Of a stretch of 64,000 nt of DNA, positions 50,973-60,643 are shown in pieces. The translations under genes and the position numbers were made by a program. This DNA is from an uncultured Nitrospiraceae bacterium (GTDB lineage: Bacteria > Nitrospirota > Thermodesulfovibrionia > Thermodesulfovibrionales > UBA6898). Every line of letters begins with the position of its first letter. Position 1 is the stretch's first letter. The DNA lies in contig CAWEQH010000001.1 in the NCBI GenBank assembly GCA_963811165.1, positions 160,001 through 224,000 on the forward strand, read 5' to 3'. The notes under the pieces were generated by a model. That model was not told the origin of the DNA. It did not search any database and saw only the letters and a program-made list of their open reading frames with translations.

Positions 50973-51713
50973 TTACTTTCTTTTCAGCGCCTCCTCATCG
51001 AACAATACGCAGCGTAGCCATCTGAAGGCGAAACGCAAGAGCTCTGTTTCATTAGATTTAATACTCTTCAGTGCCGCCTTTTCTATATCGAAATATCTCA
51101 ATAAATCTCCCTTGAAGACAAGGTCCCTGAATTCATCCATGTTGTAACTGCCAAGGAAAAAAATGTCCCTCTCCCGTCCTTCGAGGAGATTCCTCGTCCC
51201 GAAGTTTTGATGGTGAGTAACCTTCTTCCACTCTTCGTTCATTTCCTCATAAAAGGTTATATTCTGGCTATCACGCCACTTCTTAATCGTATGGGTCGCC
51301 TTGCCTTTACCGAAGCCCTGACAGAATTCTCTTTTGACGATGCCGAATTCAGCGGGGTGGACGTCGGAGACCGGCTCGAGGGGAAAGCTCCTGCAGGACC
51401 ATGGCCTGTCATCATAGATCAAACACCCTTTTTCGCCAACAAAGGGGCAATTCTTGTTTTCATCAGGTACCATCTTAAGTAGTATCACGGGATGGCCTAT
51501 TTCTTCGGGGAAGAGCGGGAACGTATATATTTTAAGAAATTCGCGGGACGTAATGTTCAGACGGCGTTTGATCCTGAGGATATCATAAGGCGTAAGAAAA
51601 AGGTTTATGTCCCTGCAGCACTTGTTGAAACAGTGCAACCCCGAGTTGCAGCCGAAGCTGAAACTGTCATCGGGGCCCAATCTATCTGAGGATGTATCGA
51701 TAATCTCGGTCAC
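50973..51713 (-). CDS. YkgJ family (CxxCxxCC) cysteine-cluster protein
   Basis: FGC..CFNKCC, LTPYD, CPF..GC.IY.DRP.SCR.FP. Confidence 0.85.
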   Translation of the reverse strand: MTEIIDTSSDRLGPDDSFSFGCNSGLHCFNKCCRDINLFLTPYDILRIKRRLNITSREFLKIYTFPLFPEEIGHPVILLKMVPDENKNCPFVGEKGCLIYDDRPWSCRSFPLEPVSDVHPAEFGIVKREFCQGFGKGKATHTIKKWRDSQNITFYEEMNEEWKKVTHHQNFGTRNLLEGRERDIFFLGSYNMDEFRDLVFKGDLLRYFDIEKAALKSIKSNETELLRFAFRWLRCVLFDEEALKRK

Positions 51714-51792
51714 AGCAGGTAACTTTCAAGATTTATAAAGATATTTGCTATTATAACGTTGTGCCGGGTGTATTTACAAATAGGCATGAAAT

Positions 51793-52275
51793 ATGACCGA
51801 CCCAACGAGAAATTCAAAAAATATCTTAATCGTCTGCACGGGAAATATATGCAGGAGCCCGATGGCAGAGGGGATCTTCCGTGCCCTCTTAAAGGCCTTC
51901 CCCGACGTGGGGGTTTCTTCTGCGGGCACGCATGCCTTAATCGGTAATCCGGCCACGGAATTCGCGATCGTCGCGGCCGCTGAGAAAGGCATAGACATCT
52001 CCGGCCATAAGGCCCGGATGATCGGGGAGGAGATAATCCGGATGAGCCGCATTATTTTATGCATGGAATCTTCTCACGTGGAACAGATACTTGAAATTGA
52101 TGTCTCGGCGGGGTCAAAGACCTTCAATCTTGCCCAATTCTCAGATGGAGGGAAAAGACTGAAAAAAATATCGGACCCCTACGGCTGTAGTCTGCGGGAA
52201 TACAGAGAATGTTTTAAAGATATCAGTATCTGTATCAGAAATTTTCTTGGGTCTGATTATTTTTATGTGCGGTGA
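51793..52275 (+). CDS. Low-molecular-weight protein Tyr/Arg phosphatase
   Basis: VCTGNICRSPMAE, SAGT, DPYG. Confidence 0.9.
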   Translation: MTDPTRNSKNILIVCTGNICRSPMAEGIFRALLKAFPDVGVSSAGTHALIGNPATEFAIVAAAEKGIDISGHKARMIGEEIIRMSRIILCMESSHVEQILEIDVSAGSKTFNLAQFSDGGKRLKKISDPYGCSLREYRECFKDISICIRNFLGSDYFYVR

Positions 52276-52297
52276 CCGAGATTCTGAAAAAGTGATT

Positions 52298-54166
52298 TCA
52301 AAATAGTTTCAGTAACTCATTCCAGATGTGTTCATCGTCGTAATAAGCATTTAGTGCGGTAATAATCTTTTTTGTGGTCGCTCCGTCTTTGATCTGGTCT
52401 GACAGCGACTTAATCACCTCTGAGGAAGGCCCGAAGTTCTTCTCGACAAGGGAGATAAAGGTCCGCAGATTTGCAACTGAAGATTTTGCCTCCGGCTTTA
52501 CGTTCCACCAGCGCGCGGGGTCAGACAAAAGTTTACGTACCTTCACTACTTTTTCGGATGCCGCTGCCTGATGCTCTGTGTAGATCCCCCATATCCTGTC
52601 TTGTACTTTTCTTACCGAATCGGCCATATCTGAAGCCCCAATGAGTTTTTCCGGATAGCCGATTTCGGAAAGCGATTCGACCGAAAACAACATGACGTCC
52701 CCCCAGAACTGCCGAAGGAATTCCCCCGAAAGATCGAGCGTGTCCCCTTCGTGTACAACACCGCTCCGGAATTCATTTATGCCATCTTCGGCGTTGGTCC
52801 TTTTGTGAAGCAGCGGCATGTTGGCTGAAACAAACTTTTCCCTGATCGTTCCCCGCAATATGCGGCCGAGGGTCGGCCCCGCCATCCTCAGGCCTAGGGC
52901 TGCAAAAGGGATGAAGTGGCTGAGGCCGGCTGGAGACATGACATAATTGCCCGTATATACGGTACGCGCACGAGTCGTTTCGGTAAAGCCGTTTCCATGG
53001 GAATAGAATTGCGTCCTCGTAGGGTGGAGACCATAGAAAAATCCAAGAGCACGGTCCGAAAAAACACCGAAGCAGGTCAAGACGGAATGGTCCCCGGCCA
53101 AAACGCAGGAGTATTTCTTGGGTGAAGAAGGCCGGCGATAGCCAAATAATTTGACCATGTCGTGATATTCCGCGGAAAACATATCTGGCACCTGTTCATT
53201 ATGGAAGATGCACCCGGCCTCCGGACCAATATCTTTTATTCGCTCAAAAAAATAGACGATGTCGTCAAGGAAAGTGTTTATCATAACTGCCGGAGTGACC
53301 GGAGGGTCTCCCACGACCTTGCCCGTGAGCACTTCAGCGTCCGATTTGGTAAATATGCGGTCGAGCCAGTAGAAATAATTTATGAAGGGGATGTCTATGA
53401 TTTCCCCGCTTCTCCTAATCTTAACCATGAATTCTTCGTCGCTGTCGACGAACCAGATTAATGTCTTCTCTTTGAATTCAGGGAGACGGGAATGGATGTA
53501 AAGAGATGCGATGTTGCGCGTCAGGGAGGCGCCCTTATGCCGTCGTACGGTGCCGTCAAAATTACCGATGAGTCCGGCAAGTTTCCCGCCCAACTCCGGC
53601 GGGACTTTTTTAAAGACCTCCTCCTGCTCCCGGCTGCCTACATAAGAAGTACGGACGCCCGCGGCCGTTGTCTCTTTACAGATTTCCCTGATACTATGGA
53701 CGCTTGCGTCGTCCATGCTGTCGTCGAAGACAAAGACGCTGACCTTTCTGAAGCGGGGGCCGCTCGGCTCCGAAGAGGTCCCCCCATAAGAAAAGGTATG
53801 ACATTGTTTGACAAGGCTCGAAAGACAGTTCCTTAGCATAAGAGGCCTGTCCGCCACCGGTATTATGATCAGAAAGTGATGCCGGGGGTCATTAGCGGCC
53901 GAAGAAAGTATGAGCTCGAACTCTTTGTAGAGGTCTCTCTGGAGCTCAAGAAGGCCTTCACTGTAACCTTTCTCCGCAGCGTTCTCTTCAAGGGACCCGA
54001 ACGCCTCCTCATAGAATGGTCTGACGGTTTCGGGATCATCCGGGACCCTATTCCCGCCGGGAAGGGAGAGAGAACGAAATATCCGGCCGCGGGCGGCCAC
54101 AGCGGGAAGGTTCCCATAAAGAGAAAAAAAACGGGCCAGATTACTGAACGTCTCTTTTCCGCTCAA
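52298..54166 (-). CDS. Large hypothetical protein with a GT-A (GT2-like) fold core
   Basis: IIIPVADR..L..CL.SL, VFDDS, GASLTRN, FVDSD. Confidence 0.6.
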   Translation of the reverse strand: MSGKETFSNLARFFSLYGNLPAVAARGRIFRSLSLPGGNRVPDDPETVRPFYEEAFGSLEENAAEKGYSEGLLELQRDLYKEFELILSSAANDPRHHFLIIIPVADRPLMLRNCLSSLVKQCHTFSYGGTSSEPSGPRFRKVSVFVFDDSMDDASVHSIREICKETTAAGVRTSYVGSREQEEVFKKVPPELGGKLAGLIGNFDGTVRRHKGASLTRNIASLYIHSRLPEFKEKTLIWFVDSDEEFMVKIRRSGEIIDIPFINYFYWLDRIFTKSDAEVLTGKVVGDPPVTPAVMINTFLDDIVYFFERIKDIGPEAGCIFHNEQVPDMFSAEYHDMVKLFGYRRPSSPKKYSCVLAGDHSVLTCFGVFSDRALGFFYGLHPTRTQFYSHGNGFTETTRARTVYTGNYVMSPAGLSHFIPFAALGLRMAGPTLGRILRGTIREKFVSANMPLLHKRTNAEDGINEFRSGVVHEGDTLDLSGEFLRQFWGDVMLFSVESLSEIGYPEKLIGASDMADSVRKVQDRIWGIYTEHQAAASEKVVKVRKLLSDPARWWNVKPEAKSSVANLRTFISLVEKNFGPSSEVIKSLSDQIKDGATTKKIITALNAYYDDEHIWNELLKLF

Positions 54167-54175
54167 GGAAACGTC

Positions 54176-55828
54176 TCATCTTCCTGAAGAGTAATTGGGA
54201 AATTCATCCTTATTCAGGATAAGTTCGATAAGATTGATATTCCCGGCGAAGTCGACCTTTCTGAAGACGGCTTCGACATCGGCTTCCGTAGAGACATTGA
54301 AGTAATTGATGCCGAATGAATCAGCGAGTTTTTTGTAATTGGGGTTTACGAAATCGCTGGCAATGAATCTGCCGTTATAATTATAGAACTGGTTTTTCCT
54401 CACGAGGCCCAGAGAGGAATTATTAAGGAGCACTACCGTCACAGGTATTCCATAGTTGACCGCGGTCATGATCTCCATGCAGCACATCTGGAATCCGCCG
54501 TCCCCGAGGATCGCGATTACCGGTTTCTCCGAGGCAAGCTTTGCCCCGATCGCCGCAGGGACCGCATGCCCCAGGGAAGATAGCCCGGAATTCGGAAAGT
54601 AGCTCCGGCTTTTGGACACGTAACAGAAGCGCTGCATGTAGATGATATTGTCATCGAATATCAGCACGTCGCTGTCGAAGTGATCGTTGAGATGTGAGAG
54701 AAACCTGCTTACGAGAAGGAATTCATTGTCCTTGACGATATGGTTGCAATATTTTGTCTTATAGCGAGCGGCGTCATCCAGATCCTTTGGCCCGATCTGT
54801 TCCCTTTCGAGCCGGGCGTTAAGCAGATCAAAGAATTTTTTTACGTCGCAATTGAGTGAGAAGTCTGCCGTGAAGACCTTATTGAGCTGCGTCTCGTCGA
54901 TGTCGATCTGGATGATCTTCTTTCCTTCCAGAAGACCGCTATTCCAGTTATAGCTCGTTCTTTCCCCAAAGCTCGCTCCTGACACAATGACGACATCGGC
55001 CTTGTCCGTGATATAGCGGAATGCCGATTCGCTGGAAGTGATGCCAAGTACGCCCAGGGAAAGCACTGAAGACTCAGGGATTATTCCCCTTGCCTTCAGG
55101 CTAGTTGCTACCGGGACGTTGGCCTTGGCGCAGAAATTCCCGATCGAATCCTCCGCTTTAGAAATTACGCATCCATACCCGGCAAGCACGACCGGATGAG
55201 TAGCGGTCCTCAAGAGCGAATAAATCTCCTCCAGGGGAACAGTGTCCTCTCCGGTATTCGGTTGGCTACCCGAGAAATTAATATGATCAAGCACCGTCTC
55301 GTCCACCATCTCTTTCAGCACGTTATAGGGAAAACTCAGAAGTACCGGACCCGGATTCTTCGAAGTGAGGATTCCGGTCACATTTCTCAGCACGTTGAGG
55401 ATATAATCGGTACGCTGGACGATGTTGTGATATCTTGTGATCCCTCTGAAAATGTCGAACTGGTTGATACAGGAGCCTTCACCTGTACTTTCCTGCAGAG
55501 CGCCCTTGCCGAAGGAATACGTGGGCGTTTCCCCGGTTATTGCGAGCACCGGAAGCCTGTCCATGTAAGCGTTGGCAAGTCCGGTGACCAAGTTCGTCGC
55601 CCCCGGCCCTGCGGTCGCAATGCAGACCCCTATCTTCCCCGACTGTCTTGCATACCCCCCCGCCATGAAGGAAGCTCCCTGTTCATGTTTGGTGAGGACC
55701 GACTTTATTCCCGAATCGTAAAGCGCATTATAGATGGGCAGTATATGAGCACCCGGGATGCCGAAGACATACTCTGTCCCGAGCCGTTCGAGATATCTTA
55801 CTATTAAGCTGCTGACCGTGATGTCCAT
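54176..55828 (-). CDS. ThDP-dependent enzyme (acetolactate synthase-like)
   Basis: KHEQGA, GPGATN, GDGGFQM...NN. Confidence 0.9.
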   Translation of the reverse strand: MDITVSSLIVRYLERLGTEYVFGIPGAHILPIYNALYDSGIKSVLTKHEQGASFMAGGYARQSGKIGVCIATAGPGATNLVTGLANAYMDRLPVLAITGETPTYSFGKGALQESTGEGSCINQFDIFRGITRYHNIVQRTDYILNVLRNVTGILTSKNPGPVLLSFPYNVLKEMVDETVLDHINFSGSQPNTGEDTVPLEEIYSLLRTATHPVVLAGYGCVISKAEDSIGNFCAKANVPVATSLKARGIIPESSVLSLGVLGITSSESAFRYITDKADVVIVSGASFGERTSYNWNSGLLEGKKIIQIDIDETQLNKVFTADFSLNCDVKKFFDLLNARLEREQIGPKDLDDAARYKTKYCNHIVKDNEFLLVSRFLSHLNDHFDSDVLIFDDNIIYMQRFCYVSKSRSYFPNSGLSSLGHAVPAAIGAKLASEKPVIAILGDGGFQMCCMEIMTAVNYGIPVTVVLLNNSSLGLVRKNQFYNYNGRFIASDFVNPNYKKLADSFGINYFNVSTEADVEAVFRKVDFAGNINLIELILNKDEFPNYSSGR

Positions 55829-55940
55829 TTACAGGGTCCCTGCCGACGAAGAAATGTTAAGGACACTTCTGCGCGGCCAGTGGTAGACTATTATAGCAGT
55901 ATTGGTAGTGATTTTCTGAAGATTTTCAGCAGCCGCGATC

Positions 55941-56558
55941 TTAGCGACCCGTGGGGTTATCACAGGCTGTGGGACAACTAATGGCATCATAGGTATAGAG
56001 GATTCTCTGCTCGTTAACGAGTTTTCCTTTGTTCACCGGTTTAAAAGGGAAGGCACTCAGATTTTTTAGCAACTCCCCCCTCGAGGGGACTGAGACATAC
56101 CCGCAGCCGATGACATTACCTGAGGAGGCTTCGAGGAATTCGAGGTCTATTCCGTTTGTGACTGCGGCAAAGGGGATGATGTATTCTTCCAGGAGTCTTG
56201 CGGATGCGAGAATCTGCCTCTCCCTCGACACAAGCGAGCCCGACGCACATTTCCAAATCATCAAAGTCCTGCCTGCGACGGCAATCGAAAGATCAACCAG
56301 CGAGACAACCGACCGGCCATCAATCTCAAAGGCAATCTCCCTGTCGACGACGAAATCTTCCTTCTTGTAATCCTTTTGTCCAAGAAGGTGCTTCAGTGTC
56401 TTTTGCCTTATGTTGTCTTTGTTAGAAAAGGGGATATTACGTCCGGTGAGGCAGTCAGTAAGGAGGTCGGGGAGTTCGGGCCTTTCTCCCTCTTCTTCGC
56501 GCGTGAAATTGCCGGGGATTAAGCCCGGATGAATAAAATGAGGCCGCTTGCACTGCAT
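55941..56558 (-). CDS. Stand-alone HsdR N-terminal-like domain protein (copy 1)
   Basis: IRQ..L..L...K.Y, GSLVSRER, AAVTNG. Confidence 0.7.
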   Translation of the reverse strand: MQCKRPHFIHPGLIPGNFTREEEGERPELPDLLTDCLTGRNIPFSNKDNIRQKTLKHLLGQKDYKKEDFVVDREIAFEIDGRSVVSLVDLSIAVAGRTLMIWKCASGSLVSRERQILASARLLEEYIIPFAAVTNGIDLEFLEASSGNVIGCGYVSVPSRGELLKNLSAFPFKPVNKGKLVNEQRILYTYDAISCPTACDNPTGR

Positions 56559-56561
56559 AGT

Positions 56562-56750
56562 CTAAATAAATCTCTCGTTCAGTCTGCGGACCGCACGGAT
56601 GAAGATCTTGCGGCCTTCCCCTGAATCGATGTCGATGCCCTGCCCGATGAGTTCCTCCCTTAGGTCGTCAAGGGCCTTCAGATAGACCCTGTCGACTTCA
56701 AAGGAAGTCTCAATAAGATGGGATTTTTCTCCTTCGCTGATATCAGACAT
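56562..56750 (-). CDS. Small hypothetical protein
   Basis: AGGAG RBS; 3 nt from the next gene. Confidence 0.6.
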   Translation of the reverse strand: MSDISEGEKSHLIETSFEVDRVYLKALDDLREELIGQGIDIDSGEGRKIFIRAVRRLNERFI

Positions 56751-56791
56751 AATTGCTCCTTGCCTTAAATCTCAGCCATGCCTGAAGCGGC

Positions 56792-57022
56792 TCATATATC
56801 GTCCTCCGCCATATCGTGGGCTGCGCTGCATTTGTAGCATATCCTCTGGCCCTCTTCGTTCACTCCTATGGGATCAAGCTTGCTAAGGATGCTGCTGCAT
56901 TCAGCGCATACGCCTAATATGGTCCTGAAACAGTATCCGCAGAAATAATACCTGACACCTGTTTCGGGGTGGATCCAATCTTCCAGATCTTCTGTTTCCT
57001 GGCACAAATAACACGCCTTCAT
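56792..57022 (-). CDS. Small Cys-rich (4x CxxC) protein
   Basis: CYLC, CGYC, CAEC, CYKC; RBS. Confidence 0.65.
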   Translation of the reverse strand: MKACYLCQETEDLEDWIHPETGVRYYFCGYCFRTILGVCAECSSILSKLDPIGVNEEGQRICYKCSAAHDMAEDDI

Positions 57023-57125
57023 CGCCGTTCCTTTCAGGGAAGCATGATAAATGATTTACTTATTATACCATGTGAGAAGCGGTCATTACCTGCCTTGTCA
57101 AAGTATGCCGGGCTTTGATTGAAGG

Positions 57126-57168
57126 ATGATCTATATCATAGAAAGCAGCAAAGACAATAAAATATACT
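57126..57168 (+). promoter_or_regulatory. CRP/FNR-family box with -10 element
   Basis: ATGAT-CTAT-ATCAT at 57126-57139; TATACT at 57163. Confidence 0.6.
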
Positions 57169-57201
57169 AAAGTATGAACAACTCTAAGGAGGATCATCAA
57201 A

Positions 57202-57942
57202 ATGGCAATGAGAAACATCATTCATATCGATGAACAGAAGTGTAACGGATGCGGCAACTGCGTTGTGGACTGTGCTGAGGCGGCCCTGCAGATCCTAAAC
57301 GGAAAAGCGAAACTTGTCAAAGAGTTATACTGCGATGGGCTCGGAGCCTGTATCGGGGGCTGCCCGACAGGTGCGCTCACCGTGATAAGGAGGGAGGCCG
57401 ACGCCTTCGACGAGGCCGCAACGGAAAGACACATCCATGAAGCAAAAAAGAAAGAGGAGCCCTGCAGCTGCCCGGGGACGAGGACTGTTGACTTCACTGA
57501 AATCAAGGCCGGCCGGCACGGCGTCTCTGAGACGAAGCCCGAGCTTACTAACTGGCCCATACAGCTGAAGCTTGCTGCAACTGCGGCTCCGTATCTTAAC
57601 GGGGCAGACCTTCTCGTGGCGGCAGATTGTGCAGCTTTCTCAACCATTAATTTCCATAGCAGATTTATTAAAGGCAAAAAGGTCGTGATCGCGTGCCCGA
57701 AGCTGGATGATTCCCAGTTCTATTTTGAAAAGCTTACCGAGATGTTCGCACAGAACTCAATCAAGAGCGTCAGCGTAGCGAGGATGGAGGTGCCCTGTTG
57801 CGGGGGACTGGCCTACATTGTCAAGCAGGCAATCGAGAAGTCCGGAAAGGAGGTCCCCTACAGCGAAGTCGTGATCGGTATCAAAGGCGATATCCTTAAC
57901 GAAGGCAAGGCCCCGCTAATCCCTAAGCTGCAGGCAGTATAA
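57202..57942 (+). CDS. 2x[4Fe-4S] ferredoxin-domain protein (FrdX-like)
   Basis: CNGCGNC..C, CDGLGACIGGCP, NWPIQL, CPKLD, MEVPCC. Confidence 0.85.
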   Translation: MAMRNIIHIDEQKCNGCGNCVVDCAEAALQILNGKAKLVKELYCDGLGACIGGCPTGALTVIRREADAFDEAATERHIHEAKKKEEPCSCPGTRTVDFTEIKAGRHGVSETKPELTNWPIQLKLAATAAPYLNGADLLVAADCAAFSTINFHSRFIKGKKVVIACPKLDDSQFYFEKLTEMFAQNSIKSVSVARMEVPCCGGLAYIVKQAIEKSGKEVPYSEVVIGIKGDILNEGKAPLIPKLQAV

Positions 57943-57987
57943 ACATCCTCTTGCCGGGAAGTTCGGAAAAGGGGACGTTACCTATCG

Positions 57988-58548
57988 TCACTCCGAATCG
58001 GTCTCGCACCAGTCGTCATCGCATTCGAGAGAATGTTCGAGGTAATCGTAGGCCGAAATGATCCGCTTTTCGGCCTCGATCTGCCCGGGCGAAAGGCCCC
58101 GGAGACTGCTTCTTCCGAGTTTTTCCAAGGCCGAAGCCTTATCGGGTATGGCATCGATCCCGGTTGCAATCACATCCCCTGAGGGGGTGTCGAGTATTTC
58201 GGCATCTTCCCCGTTGGTCACCACCGTAAAGGGTATCTGATGATCACCGAGTATCCTCGCTGCAGCGAGCGCGGGACGTTCGCGTGTGACGAGAGAACCG
58301 GGGCCGTACTTTATTACCATACATCTTGTACCGCTGACACTGACCACAAAATCGATGAGGGAAAGGACCTTCTTGCCCCCTATCCACATCTCGATGCGGT
58401 GCCTGGGCTCGATGTCGCTTTTCCCATATCCCTTTATTTCAACGAGGAAGCGGGCAATTTTCTGGCGGTACCGCTCGTCGTCGGTGTCTGTGATCTTGCG
58501 ACCGGAGATGAAATCCGTGGTCTTCCCTAATATTCTCTTATGTCCCAA
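57988..58548 (-). CDS. Stand-alone HsdR N-terminal-like domain protein (copy 2)
   Basis: ERYRQ..FLV..KGY, GSLVTRER, VVTNG. Confidence 0.75.
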   Translation of the reverse strand: MGHKRILGKTTDFISGRKITDTDDERYRQKIARFLVEIKGYGKSDIEPRHRIEMWIGGKKVLSLIDFVVSVSGTRCMVIKYGPGSLVTRERPALAAARILGDHQIPFTVVTNGEDAEILDTPSGDVIATGIDAIPDKASALEKLGRSSLRGLSPGQIEAEKRIISAYDYLEHSLECDDDWCETDSE

Positions 58549-58552
58549 CAGG

Positions 58553-59296
58553 TTACTCCACTTTGACTACGATACGACCGGGGAGGCTGTCCAGAAGTTG
58601 TCTTACCGCCTTGCTCAGGGAATCTTCGGACCGGCATTCTGCGGTAACAATAATTTTGTATTCAGGATTGTCGAGGATCGGGTAAGAGCCAAAACTGACG
58701 TCCCCGTTTTCAGCAACGATCCTGTTGAGGTCGGCGGCAATGTCGGACTCGTCGGCATCCAGAAAAAGTCTTTTCAGATAAAGGGCAGTCGAACGAAACC
58801 GTTCCTTTATAACCCTAAATTTTTCCCTGAGATATTTTGGGATGCCGGGGAAAATAAAAATATTCCTGAACGCCACGAGGGGGAACCGTGAACTCCCGAA
58901 ATCGATCAGTTCAGCCCCTTCCGGCACCTCCGCCATCTTAAGGACAGCCTCATTGCATGTTTTTCCATATTTCTCGCGGAATTTCTGCTCGAGTGCCGGG
59001 TGTTTCATAAGCTTTACTCCGAACCCGTATGCGATACCTGCTGCGGTGATATCGTCGTGCGTCGGGCCTACGCCGCCGGAGGTAAAGACATAGTCAAAAC
59101 TCTCTGAAAAAGACACGGCCTCCCTGCCGATAGCCTCGATATCATCGGGGATTACGGATATGCGCATCACATTGACGCCCAAGGCCCTTAATTCAGAGGC
59201 GAGAAAGAAAGAGTTCGAGTCCTGGATCTTTCCTGAAAGGATCTCGTTGCCGATGATTATAATGCCGGCAGTTTTTATATGGCTCCTGCTGCTCAT
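58553..59296 (-). CDS. CinA-N/COG1058 molybdopterin-binding-like protein
   Basis: IGNEILSG, SGGVGPTHDDIT, PGIP. Confidence 0.85.
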   Translation of the reverse strand: MSSRSHIKTAGIIIIGNEILSGKIQDSNSFFLASELRALGVNVMRISVIPDDIEAIGREAVSFSESFDYVFTSGGVGPTHDDITAAGIAYGFGVKLMKHPALEQKFREKYGKTCNEAVLKMAEVPEGAELIDFGSSRFPLVAFRNIFIFPGIPKYLREKFRVIKERFRSTALYLKRLFLDADESDIAADLNRIVAENGDVSFGSYPILDNPEYKIIVTAECRSEDSLSKAVRQLLDSLPGRIVVKVE

Positions 59297-60201
59297 CCTG
59301 ATAATTTATCAGAAACCGATTCTATATGGTTTATAATTTCCAGGCAGGCGGCGCGATAACTGTACCCGAGGGCAATCTCTTGTCCTCTGCCCGTCATGAT
59401 GTCCCTGGCCGGGGCATCTTCAATAAATCTGCCGATCGTCTCGGAAAGTTCTCCCGGCGTACTGTACGTAGCTACGCTTCGGTCGAGCAGTTCATCCATG
59501 CCCAACACATTGTCCGATATGACAAACCCGCCGCTTGCCAGGACATCAAGAATTCTCGGGTTGATGAAGCCTTCCCGTTGCATATCTTCATGGTGGTCAT
59601 TAAGCACGATTTTCGCAGATCCATAGAGTCCGCTGAGGAGCGTGTTTTCGTAATATTCTCCGCCATACCATTTATCCGGTATCAACCCCTTCCAGCCCCA
59701 GCCCCATATCTTAACACTATATGGGGGCGCGCCCATATCCCTCACGATCTTTCTCACCAGTTTCTGTTTTGTATTTCCGACAAAGACGATATCGTATTCT
59801 TTATCCTTCCCTGCCGGCTGCATGGGTGTGGGTATCATCAGAAATTGCGCCTCAAAACCCATTTTCTCTATTTTCTTTATGAAAGGTTTTGAAATGCAAT
59901 AGACCTTATCGTAATAGCGAAGTATCTCAGGCGTGATCCAGTCAGGATGGCTGTGGACCCAAAGTATTGTATGCACGGCTGCAGGGGGAGGGCGGTGCGG
60001 CTCCCCAAAAAGATGCAAGAGGATTTTCGGTGCGGCATTATCAACGGGATATCCCAGGCCGGTAAATTCCCTTAATAAATTCTCCTTGAACCAATAATCT
60101 CCCCAGACCCTCGGTTTCGGTACTGAGTAAAAGTCGGAATAGGCGATGACACCTATCGGCGGAAATGAAGAATAATCCTTTGCCATATTTCTTGATATCA
60201 T
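59293..60201 (-). CDS. CgeB-like glycosyltransferase (GT-B)
   Basis: YDIVFVGN, WGWGW, LNDH..DM...GF.N.R..D.LA.G. Confidence 0.8.
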   Translation of the reverse strand: MISRNMAKDYSSFPPIGVIAYSDFYSVPKPRVWGDYWFKENLLREFTGLGYPVDNAAPKILLHLFGEPHRPPPAAVHTILWVHSHPDWITPEILRYYDKVYCISKPFIKKIEKMGFEAQFLMIPTPMQPAGKDKEYDIVFVGNTKQKLVRKIVRDMGAPPYSVKIWGWGWKGLIPDKWYGGEYYENTLLSGLYGSAKIVLNDHHEDMQREGFINPRILDVLASGGFVISDNVLGMDELLDRSVATYSTPGELSETIGRFIEDAPARDIMTGRGQEIALGYSYRAACLEIINHIESVSDKLSG

Positions 60202-60374
60202 TATAATTTAAGTGCCGGCTGTCTTAAAAGCAGAAGGGTTACAGCGCAAGGGAGCACTTCGGACTTTATCCTGACACGGATTTCTTATACGGCATATGGC
60301 AACCCTGCGTTATAAACATTATGGGGGTCTATATTCCCGTTATCGTCGGGAAGGTTCGTCAGTCCGCAAATCCG

Positions 60375-60578
60375 TCAGGCCATTAGTATGCCCTGATCGA
60401 CAGATTCAGGATCATCAAAAAGCGGAAACCATTCCTTTTTTATCATTACAAAGGGCATCTCTTTCTGGCAGGTCTTGCATCTTCTCATCTCGGCCGCCTT
60501 AATGCCGAGTGTTTTTGCGGCTGACGAAAGGCCCGGGTGATAAACAGCTTCATATTCATGCCTGTGCTTCATATCCAT
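60375..60578 (-). CDS. Small hypothetical protein (CxxC)
   Basis: AGGAGG RBS; 67 aa. Confidence 0.55.
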   Translation of the reverse strand: MDMKHRHEYEAVYHPGLSSAAKTLGIKAAEMRRCKTCQKEMPFVMIKKEWFPLFDDPESVDQGILMA

Positions 60579-60643
60579 GACCTCCTGTAATAAGGATACC
60601 TCATTTTATACCCGAAAACCAGCCATTAATTTTTGGGAGTGGG

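Noticed and set aside
55941..58548. Type I restriction-modification or defence system
   Set aside because: No hsdM, hsdS or helicase domain, and the ExK motif is degenerate
59293..60201. CgeB glycosyltransferase as part of the ThDP/GT-A pathway
   Set aside because: It lies ~3.5 kb away, beyond several unrelated genes including an opposite-strand one; there is no direct support for a link
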